Source: a virus (taxonomy: Duplodnaviria > Caudoviricetes). Taken from it: a stretch of 63,735 bases of DNA. This document shows positions 56,509 through 63,735 of the stretch, piece after piece (positions within the stretch are counted from its first letter, which is position 1; each line of letters opens with the position of its first letter). Under the pieces are notes generated by a model that was not told the DNA's origin, did not search any database, and saw only the letters and a program-made list of their open reading frames with translations. The DNA is taken from positions 1-63,735 of the IMG/VR virus record IMGVR_UViG_3300045110_000325; one strand, 5' to 3'. The position numbers were made by a program, and so were the translations under genes.

Positions 56509-57044
56509 AGATCAACCGACCGGTAGTTCAGATGCACCGGACGCGCCTCCCAGCAGATCGGGACCTCCCGGGTCACCCGCGCGTGGTGCCACATCGAGAA
56601 CTCCACGTCCCCGAAATGCGCGGACCACCTCGACTCGACGAACCGGCGCACAAGGTCGCGCGGCAGGTGGGCCATGCCGAATCCGAACAGGTTGCACACC
56701 GGGTCGCCCGTCGCCACCGGCCGCGCGCCAGTCGGAGAAGTCGTCCCCGAGCCCGTGCCGTCCCACCGGCGATGCGCCCAGATGTCCGCCGGCAAGTGGT
56801 AGGCGTCCGCGTAAAGCAGGTACGGGGCCACCAACACCCGGTCGGGAGCGGCCCGCGCGCGCTCGGCGAACGAGCGCAGGCCCTCCCGGTCGACAGCGAT
56901 GTCCCACTCGATCAGCAGGCAATCCTCGTCCAGCTCCGCGAGCGGGGTGTAGTCGCAGTTGTCGATGACCAGCCGGTCCATGTCGTCGACGACGTGGCTA
57001 CGACCCGGTGGGATGCGGGCCGGCCAGGAGCGGACGAGGCGCAT
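56499..57044 (-). CDS. 'RLxRSWP' family paralogue 1, putative GT-A-like enzyme
   Basis: GGAGG RBS; LIEWDIA, VLVAPY, FGFG..LPRDL, D..FS.WHH. Confidence 0.65.
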   Translation of the reverse strand: MRLVRSWPARIPPGRSHVVDDMDRLVIDNCDYTPLAELDEDCLLIEWDIAVDREGLRSFAERARAAPDRVLVAPYLLYADAYHLPADIWAHRRWDGTGSGTTSPTGARPVATGDPVCNLFGFGMAHLPRDLVRRFVESRWSAHFGDVEFSMWHHARVTREVPICWEARPVHLNYRSVDLCA

Positions 57045-57057
57045 CTGGCCTCCGAGG

Positions 57058-57723
57058 CTACGAGCTATACAGCTCCAGGTACTCAGCGGCGCGACGGAGA
57101 AGGGCTGGGTCGTCGCACATCTGGCCAAGGATGCTGTTGCAAGGCGCGCACAGCAATCCACGAACAACACCCGTCTTGTGGCAGTGGTCCACAACCAGCT
57201 TCCGGGGGCGGCGGCAGATCTTGCAGGTGCCACCCTGCTCGGCCAGCATCGCGTCGTAATCTGCCTGGACGATCCCGAACTTGTACGTGAGCGTCCAGTC
57301 CCGGAAGCAGGCCGGGCAGTAGCTCAGGTGAGCGCTGTCGCCGCGGGGCTTCCCGCACCGCGAGCAGTTAACCGTCGGCTTCTGCGGGTTCTTCGTCCTG
57401 TAGTCCCGCTCGTACGCTCGCCGACACGTCTTGCAATAGCTGGCGTCGACCCGCGGCTCGGTCCCGCATCGCGAACATAGGCGTAACTGCTGCTCCGCGC
57501 GCTTCGCTCGATAGCAGTCACGGCAGTAAGACGGGTGAGCCCCGTCGTCATTCTGACGAGGTTGCTTGCACCGCGAACACTGCTCGGCCTTTATCCGCCC
57601 ACCTCGACGGTGATAAGCCTCGCGCTCTATCTCCCGTTTGCATTCGACGCAGTAGGACTTAAGCGTGCTATTCCGGGGGCGCTCACCGCAGCGAGCACAC
57701 AGGTCACCGTTACGCTTAGACAT
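57058..57723 (-). CDS. endonuclease VII-family homing endonuclease with four N-terminal Cys4 zinc-finger repeats
   Basis: Y..ML..Q.G.C.IC...VDHCH.TG.VRGLLC..CN..LG; repeated C.RC...YC..C. Confidence 0.88.
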   Translation of the reverse strand: MSKRNGDLCARCGERPRNSTLKSYCVECKREIEREAYHRRGGRIKAEQCSRCKQPRQNDDGAHPSYCRDCYRAKRAEQQLRLCSRCGTEPRVDASYCKTCRRAYERDYRTKNPQKPTVNCSRCGKPRGDSAHLSYCPACFRDWTLTYKFGIVQADYDAMLAEQGGTCKICRRPRKLVVDHCHKTGVVRGLLCAPCNSILGQMCDDPALLRRAAEYLELYSS

Positions 57724-57842
57724 GTCGACTCCAGCTCAGTCGGCCAGCCCCGGGGGTGTTGCCACACCCGCCGGGGCGTCTCTTGCTCTGATTCTATCCC
57801 GCTAGCCTCTCGATGTCCGGTTAGAGCGAACCGGACATTATA

Positions 57843-59279
57843 TCAAAAGGCTGGCGTTACCAGACCTGTGCCGCTAACCGACTGAAATGCGGAGCTATAA
57901 CGCCGAAAACTGTAGGCGTAGTAACCGTACAAGACCATCAAAATACCCAGAGTCGCCGCTGCGGCCTGTTCCGCCCTAATGAAGACAGGGGCGTTGGGAT
58001 CTTCCCAAAGGTGGCACTCGGCGTCGGCGACGACGTAGATGGCGTCTTCGTTGCTGCCGGTGCCGGCGTTGGTCACGATGTTGTTGTCGACGACGACGAG
58101 GGTCCCGTTGGGCAGCACGCCGCGGATGCCCTTGTTGTAGCCGGCGCCGTAGTTCGCGCCGCCGGTCTGGCCCTGCGGCACGATTCCGGGCTGGTTGATG
58201 AACGGCCACGTGCTGACGAGCTGGCTGCTCATCCAGTGCCACCGACGGGAGTGCATGACGGCGTGGGATGGGATGGCCTGCGCGAGCAGAGCCGCCTCCG
58301 CGCCTGCGATCGCGCCGAGGATCTTCGGGTACAGGCCGGCGGCGGTCGGCGCGGTGGCGGTGTACGCCACGTCCACGGACACCGCCTCCAGGCCGGTGGT
58401 GGCCTGGTTGATCAGGTTGGCGTCGAGCGCCGTGGCGTACCGGCGGAACAGGTCGTTCATGAGCACGTCGTCGACGCCGGTGCCGCGTTCGATGGCCTGC
58501 CGGGACACGGTCTGCTGGCCGGCGGCAGTCTGGATGTTCTCGGTGAGCAGGGTGTCGTCGGCGTTGGTCTCCTGGACGGCGGTGTTCTCCGCGGTCTGCA
58601 ACGCCACGCCGGTGGAGGTGGTGATCCGGGAGATGTTGACGGTCATGCCGTCCGGCGGCAAGTCGTGCTTGTTGCAGATGTCCGCGAACGGCCGCAGCGC
58701 GGCGGTCGCCGGGGCGTACATGTCGGTCAGGTACTGCGGGACGACGAGGCCGGTGAAGGCCCCGGTGCCGACAGCGCGGGTCAGGTACTCGGCCCGCTCC
58801 ACCCGCTCCTCGGCCATGTGCTGGCTGAGGCGAGTTCCGGCTTGCACATCGTTGAACAGGAACTGCCGGACCACGTCCCACAGGAACTGGGTGCCGCGCT
58901 TGTCGGTGTCGGGGCGGTAGGTCCGCTCCTCCCGGCCCACCCGCGCCACCCGGTCGTACGACGGCTTGGACGCCGCCTTCGCCGCCGCGGGCGTGGGCTT
59001 GACCTCCCGCGCCGCGTCGTCAGCGGCGCGCTCCTCGGTCTTGACGCGCTCCGCGTTCTCCAACTTCGTCTGGATGCCGCGGATGTCGGCCTTCGCCTGG
59101 TCGCGCTCGGCGAACAGTTGGGCGGTGGTGGCGTCCTCCTCCTGGGTCAGGTTCGCGCGGCCCTCCTGCGCGGCCTGCGCCAGGATCGTCTTCACCTGGT
59201 GGATGGTCTTGTCGCGGCGCTTCTTGGCCGCTTCGAGCTCGACTTCGATGCCCGCGATGATGTCGTCGATGGTCGCCAT
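57843..59279 (-). CDS. major capsid protein (HK97 fold, N-terminal scaffold/delta domain)
   Basis: Coiled-coil N-terminus, then R-AVGTG..GLVVPQY, RPFAD, VVVD.NI. Confidence 0.9.
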   Translation of the reverse strand: MATIDDIIAGIEVELEAAKKRRDKTIHQVKTILAQAAQEGRANLTQEEDATTAQLFAERDQAKADIRGIQTKLENAERVKTEERAADDAAREVKPTPAAAKAASKPSYDRVARVGREERTYRPDTDKRGTQFLWDVVRQFLFNDVQAGTRLSQHMAEERVERAEYLTRAVGTGAFTGLVVPQYLTDMYAPATAALRPFADICNKHDLPPDGMTVNISRITTSTGVALQTAENTAVQETNADDTLLTENIQTAAGQQTVSRQAIERGTGVDDVLMNDLFRRYATALDANLINQATTGLEAVSVDVAYTATAPTAAGLYPKILGAIAGAEAALLAQAIPSHAVMHSRRWHWMSSQLVSTWPFINQPGIVPQGQTGGANYGAGYNKGIRGVLPNGTLVVVDNNIVTNAGTGSNEDAIYVVADAECHLWEDPNAPVFIRAEQAAAATLGILMVLYGYYAYSFRRYSSAFQSVSGTGLVTPAF

Positions 59280-59423
59280 GTCGGCGCTGTCCTTCCGGCA
59301 GTCGGAAGTGCCGCTGGCTCATGCGAGGACGGTCTGAGAGCCGGACTCGCGCGAACCCGCAACCGGTCTGACTGCCGGCGATGCGTGCTACAGGCACAGA
59401 TTCAGGGGGTTTGAGTTGTCGGC

Positions 59424-60263
59424 TCACTCTTCGTCGCTGAGCAGCAGGGTGCTGATCAGCGCCACGGACCGGCCCGTGCTGGCCGGTGACGCCGCGCGGG
59501 TCTGACCGCCCGCGCGCGCGACCCCGCCGTGAGAGGCGGGGAGGTCTGTCCGCAGCGACAACCGGTCCAACGCGGCCCGGGCCGCGCCGGCCGGCAGGTG
59601 CTCGAGGTCGGCGAGGATCTCCCGCGACCGGGCCGCGATGGAGGTGTAGGGGTTCGCGCCGTAGTTCACGGCCGACACGTCGCCGCGGTTGATGTCCACC
59701 TTCGAGATCTTGAAGGTGGAGAAGTCGTCGGACCACCAGCCCTCTTCGAGCATGAACGCGAAGCTCATCTCGGTGATGTTCTTGTCGTCGACGGCGACCA
59801 CGAGATCGGACACGTCCTGGCGTTTCGGGTTCAGCCAGGCGTCGGAGCCCAGGCCCTCGTCGACCATGCCGAGGTCGAGGGTCCCGTTCGTGGTCCGGGC
59901 CATGGTCACGCCGCGGTGGTTGACCAGGAACGCCACGTCGGGCTCGGCCGCCAGCGTGTCATCGAACGCGGAGTGCTCCACGATCTCCTCGTACGGGCCG
60001 AACATGTCCCACATCTCGTACGGGGTGTCCGTCACAGACGCGATGCCGTTGAGGTGGTACAGCTCCTGGCCGTTGCGCTTCTCCAGCTTCGCCCGCAACT
60101 GCGCCGGGAACGCCAGCGAGCGGGCTCCCCCGACGCCGCGAGGCGACTCCTGGCACCGTTGCGAGCGCCCGCCCTGCGTGGAAAGCGCCTCGGCTCTCCG
60201 CTCGGCCGCCGCCTGGCGTTCAGGGGTCATCCCGGCTGCGCCCTTCATATCGGACCTGTCCAT
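59424..60263 (-). CDS. HK97-family prohead protease
   Basis: FLVNH.G..MART, EMSFAF, DVS.V.YGANP.T. Confidence 0.92.
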   Translation of the reverse strand: MDRSDMKGAAGMTPERQAAAERRAEALSTQGGRSQRCQESPRGVGGARSLAFPAQLRAKLEKRNGQELYHLNGIASVTDTPYEMWDMFGPYEEIVEHSAFDDTLAAEPDVAFLVNHRGVTMARTTNGTLDLGMVDEGLGSDAWLNPKRQDVSDLVVAVDDKNITEMSFAFMLEEGWWSDDFSTFKISKVDINRGDVSAVNYGANPYTSIAARSREILADLEHLPAGAARAALDRLSLRTDLPASHGGVARAGGQTRAASPASTGRSVALISTLLLSDEE

Positions 60264-60264
60264 C

Positions 60265-61545
60265 TCAGACCACCTTCGCCACTGGCGCAGCCGGGAAGTT
60301 CGGCCCCGGGACCGGCAGATTCCCACCTGCCTCGTTGACGATCTCCCGCGCCTCGTCCGATGTGATCACCTTGCCGACGCCGAGGTAGATCTTCTGAATC
60401 GTCTCAGCGATGTCCCGGTTGGTTCCGAACAGCTTCTCGAACTCCTTCACCTGCTCATCCGTCAGCGGTGGCAGGTTGTCCAGCTCCCGCGCCTCGGACG
60501 GGGCGCGCTGCCGAGATGTGATCTGCAATGCGAGCATCTCCGCGCGGGTCTTCGGGTCCATCCGCAGCAGCGCGTCGGTGTTCAGCTTCACGAACCGCGG
60601 CCGGGACAGCAGGCTCGACAGCGCCCGCTCCCGGCGGACCACCGCTGGGCCGATGTTGTGGATCAGCAGCTGCAAGTTGCGCTGCACGATGTTCGCGTAG
60701 GTGACCGACGAGCCGGACACCGCCGCGTCGATCACGTCGCCGGGGCAGTCGAAGAACCGGGCGATGTCGTTGACGCCGTAGCGCTTGGCCTCGATCCAGT
60801 CCGCGCCGGCCTGCGCCGCGCCCATCATCTCGTACTCCCAGTCGCCGCCGAGGACGAGCACGCCGCCGTGCTGCATCGACGCCTGGTGGCGCTGCTGCAA
60901 CGTCGCGGCCTGCTCGTTCGTCAGCTCCTGCGTCTTGTTCCGCAGCAGCGCCTTCGGCACGCCGCCGCCGGAGAACCACGACAGCGCGAAGTCCTGGATG
61001 GACAGGTACTCGCCGATCGACCATGCCGCGTGCGCCACCGGCGAGAGCCCCACATGCAGGCCGCTCTTGGTGTACTGCCGCTCGTGCCACACCTCCGACG
61101 GGTCGTACTCCTTCCCGCCGATCCGGTAGTGGTCCAGGCTGCCGGCCTTGACCCTGACCGACACACTCGACACCGGCTGCAGGTCGATGCGGGCCGGCAG
61201 GCCGCGGCCGTCCGTCTCGGTGATCAGGCCGAAGGTGTTCCCCGTCTCGTCGAGGTCGAACTGCGACGAGAACAGCCACTCGAGGATGTCGACACGCTCG
61301 CCGCCAGGGTTGACCAGGACCGGCGGCTTCGGAACCTCGACCTGCACGCCCTGCACCCGCCGGTAGGCGTCGACCGGCATCGTGGAAATCAAGTTCGCCC
61401 GCAGCCGCAGGCACGCCCACACCGCCGAGTGGCGAAGCGCCGTGTCCGCGTTCACCGCGACGATGCCGGCCATCTGCGTGGGCCGTTGCGCCATCAGCTC
61501 CGTCGCCGTCGCCCCGGCCCAGTCCCGTTTGGAGAACAGGCTCAC
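60265..61545 (-). CDS. portal protein (HK97 family)
   Basis: AL..SAVWAC, GN.FG, GLSPV, IARFF..P, YAN, E.RE..NLPP. Confidence 0.93.
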   Translation of the reverse strand: MSLFSKRDWAGATATELMAQRPTQMAGIVAVNADTALRHSAVWACLRLRANLISTMPVDAYRRVQGVQVEVPKPPVLVNPGGERVDILEWLFSSQFDLDETGNTFGLITETDGRGLPARIDLQPVSSVSVRVKAGSLDHYRIGGKEYDPSEVWHERQYTKSGLHVGLSPVAHAAWSIGEYLSIQDFALSWFSGGGVPKALLRNKTQELTNEQAATLQQRHQASMQHGGVLVLGGDWEYEMMGAAQAGADWIEAKRYGVNDIARFFDCPGDVIDAAVSGSSVTYANIVQRNLQLLIHNIGPAVVRRERALSSLLSRPRFVKLNTDALLRMDPKTRAEMLALQITSRQRAPSEARELDNLPPLTDEQVKEFEKLFGTNRDIAETIQKIYLGVGKVITSDEAREIVNEAGGNLPVPGPNFPAAPVAKVV

Positions 61546-61745
61546 GTCTTGGCCCCAGGCGGCCTGGGGGGCTTGGGCGGCCGCGCGATCAGCCAGGAGC
61601 CGGCGAGGACCACGACGCCCCCCGATCCCAGCGCCCACGCGCCTATCCAGGGCCAGAGGCCGCCGGTCGGGGCCGCCGCCAGGAGCAGGAGCCCCAGCGC
61701 GTCCAGCGCGTCGGTGTACCGCTCATGGCTTGGCCGGCTCGGCAA
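61542..61745 (-). CDS. small two-TM protein upstream of portal
   Basis: Hydrophobic; typical position. Confidence 0.6.
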   Translation of the reverse strand: MPSRPSHERYTDALDALGLLLLAAAPTGGLWPWIGAWALGSGGVVVLAGSWLIARPPKPPRPPGAKT

Positions 61746-63285
61746 CCCCGGCCTCCTCGCTGTCCGCGTCCCCCGGGCCGTAGAGCGGCAGGAAGGACAT
61801 CATCACGTCGTAGGACGGTCGGTTCCGCAGCAGCCACGCGGCGCCGGTCACGGCCACGAGCGGGGAGATGTCGCCGGACTTGCGCCGTGACCACGTCCAC
61901 AGGTCGTCGCCGATGTCCCGGGCTGCCGCCACCGACAACGCCTGGACGAGCAGCGGGTCCCCCGAATGGGTCACGGCCCGGTCCGCGACCAGTTTCTGCA
62001 GGTGCGCGCAGCCGCGGCCCATGTCCTGGTTCGTCAGTTGGTCCGGCTCGAGCCCGGCCTCGGCCAGATCCGGCAGCAACGCCGACACAGCGCCCGTGCC
62101 CAGCAACGCGAACCGCGCCCCGGGATGGTCCGCCTTCAGCTTCTTCGCCCGCCCGGCCAGCCAGCCAGCGCCCGACCGGTGGTCGGCGACCTCCAGGTGC
62201 GGCTTGCCGCTCGCGGTCGCCGCGACGCCGATAGACGCGGACGCGAGGCCAGGGGATGCGTCGAGGAAGAACACCGGGCGGCCGTCGACCTTGGGCAGCT
62301 TGTCCAGCGCGCAGGCCGACCAGTCGTCGACGGTGATGCGGCTGCCCGCCTCGTCGGGGGCGTCCCACCAGCCCAGACGCTCGCGGGCGAACTCCTCCGG
62401 CGTCAGCGCCAGACGCTCGGCCCGCAGGTAGTCCACGGTGATCCGCCGGCCAAGCGCCGGGTTGGCGAGCAGCCACAGCTCCTCGCGGTCCAACGCGCAG
62501 CCTTCGACCCCGGGCCGGTGCGGGCACTGGTCGCGACGCTCGCACGTCGGCTTGTCCAGCGACCCAGGCGCGCACCACTCGATGTACGCCGGAGCGTCCT
62601 TGCCGCCGGCACGGCCGCGGTCCCGCACGCCACGCAGCACCGCCGACTCGGGAAGCCCAGCCGAGGAGCCGTACAGCACGTGGGCCCGCCGCCGGGTGCT
62701 CAACGTCGGCAGCAACGCGCCCATGTGTCCCGGCTGCAGCGCGAACGCCTCGTCGAGGACCACGAAGTCGCCGCTGAGCCCCCGGCCGCCGGACTTCGAT
62801 CGGGCCTTGAACTTCAGCCGCCGCGTCGGCCCGTCGCCATGGCCCTTGAGCTCGAACTCCTCCTCGCCGTTGCCGCGGTGGACCTTCTTCACGCGGCGGG
62901 ACAGGTGGGAGAAGCCGGCGAACAGCTCGTCGAAGTTGCGGAACGACTCCTGCGCCGTGTCGAAGAGCTGCGACGACCAGATGCCCAGCCGGAACGGCGG
63001 GAGACCAGGCCGGTCCGGCTCTAGCAGCTTCGTCAGCACGATGCCCTCGAGGACGAAGGTCTTCAGGTTCTGCCTCGCCGAGACGACCGCGCCCTCTAGG
63101 GCCGCCGGCATGCCCGCCGCGTTGACCGACATGAGCACGTCGGCGGCCAGGCGCTGCTCCTCGTCGAAGTCACGGCCGACGCTCGCGCACACCAGGGCGA
63201 CTTTCTCGCCGAGAGAGCCGGCGCGCGGCGGGATGTGCAGGTGGGCCGGCTCGACCATGAGCCGGCCGGGCGCGACGGCGGTCAC
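61723..63285 (-). CDS. terL: terminase large subunit
   Basis: ARQNLKT, GRGLSGD.VVLDEA, ANPALG, F.RERLG.W, DISPLVA. Confidence 0.95.
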   Translation of the reverse strand: MTAVAPGRLMVEPAHLHIPPRAGSLGEKVALVCASVGRDFDEEQRLAADVLMSVNAAGMPAALEGAVVSARQNLKTFVLEGIVLTKLLEPDRPGLPPFRLGIWSSQLFDTAQESFRNFDELFAGFSHLSRRVKKVHRGNGEEEFELKGHGDGPTRRLKFKARSKSGGRGLSGDFVVLDEAFALQPGHMGALLPTLSTRRRAHVLYGSSAGLPESAVLRGVRDRGRAGGKDAPAYIEWCAPGSLDKPTCERRDQCPHRPGVEGCALDREELWLLANPALGRRITVDYLRAERLALTPEEFARERLGWWDAPDEAGSRITVDDWSACALDKLPKVDGRPVFFLDASPGLASASIGVAATASGKPHLEVADHRSGAGWLAGRAKKLKADHPGARFALLGTGAVSALLPDLAEAGLEPDQLTNQDMGRGCAHLQKLVADRAVTHSGDPLLVQALSVAAARDIGDDLWTWSRRKSGDISPLVAVTGAAWLLRNRPSYDVMMSFLPLYGPGDADSEEAGVAEPAKP

Positions 63286-63668
63286 GCCGAGTCGAAGATC
63301 CGGTCGATGATGTCGGCGTCCTGGCCGGCGTCCTTCGTCGCCGCGTCCAGCGCCTTCGCGTAGGCGTTCGCCAGCGAGGCCAGCGCCGAGCCCGCGTGGC
63401 CACCTGCGTCGATCCGACGGGCCAACTCCAGGACTAGGACACCCTCAGGCGTGAAAAGCCGGGAGCAGCCGCTCAGGCGCTTCTCCGTGGCGGTCTCCAG
63501 CGCCCCCTGCGCCGGAACCGGCGCGGCGGCGCGCTGCTCGACCCCGCGAAGGCTTACGACGCCGCTCTGCTGCCGATTCGACCTCACCCGGCACTTCGCC
63601 GAGCAGAACCTCGACCTCGGACGCTGAGCCTCGTAAGCGTTTCCGCATCCGTCGCAAGCACGCTGCAT
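63282..63668 (-). CDS. terS: terminase small subunit with N-terminal Zn ribbon
   Basis: C..C...FCS..CR; L.LARRID; directly upstream of terL. Confidence 0.75.
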   Translation of the reverse strand: MQRACDGCGNAYEAQRPRSRFCSAKCRVRSNRQQSGVVSLRGVEQRAAAPVPAQGALETATEKRLSGCSRLFTPEGVLVLELARRIDAGGHAGSALASLANAYAKALDAATKDAGQDADIIDRIFDSA

Positions 63669-63735
63669 AGCGGCCTCCGGTAACGGTGCGTCACTGATTA
63701 CGTTACGGGCGCCGTTCAGAGAGGGAAACGATCAC

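Noticed and set aside
56499-56515. Frameshift fusion of RLxRSWP paralogues 1 and 2
   Set aside because: No slippery heptamer, and a stop two codons before the TTG in the second frame; translational coupling suffices

Overview
The window looks like an essentially complete, very GC-rich temperate siphovirus genome of an actinomycete, shown reverse-complemented and apparently cut at or near the cos site (an HNH gene at the left end, terS at the right end). Reading the minus strand from the right end: terS, terL, portal, HK97-type protease, major capsid, a free-standing endonuclease VII gene, a ~4.5 kb glycosylation cluster, several head/fibre-like proteins, neck and tail genes (with another glycosyltransferase among them), tape measure, minor tail and lysis genes. 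The centre holds plus-strand accessory genes, a tyrosine integrase with attP (3' half of tRNA-Arg-CCT plus arm repeats) and a repressor/cro switch. The left arm is the early recombination/replication/methylation operon. The most unusual signals are: (1) an endolysin locus with an internal in-frame start plus a G_GGA_AAC slippery site and pseudoknot that would fuse a start-less glucosaminidase domain to the amidase, giving up to four products; (2) an AICE-type TraB/FtsK + DUF2637 transfer module inside a tailed phage; (3) a virion-glycosylation cluster containing three paralogues of an unrecognised 'MRLxRSWP' family; (4) an antisense operon with Acr/Aca-like architecture and two NLTPH-family paralogues that splits the lysis cassette; (5) a recurring intergenic hairpin/pseudoknot motif with a compensatory base change. 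All family calls come from motif recognition by eye. No database searches were run.
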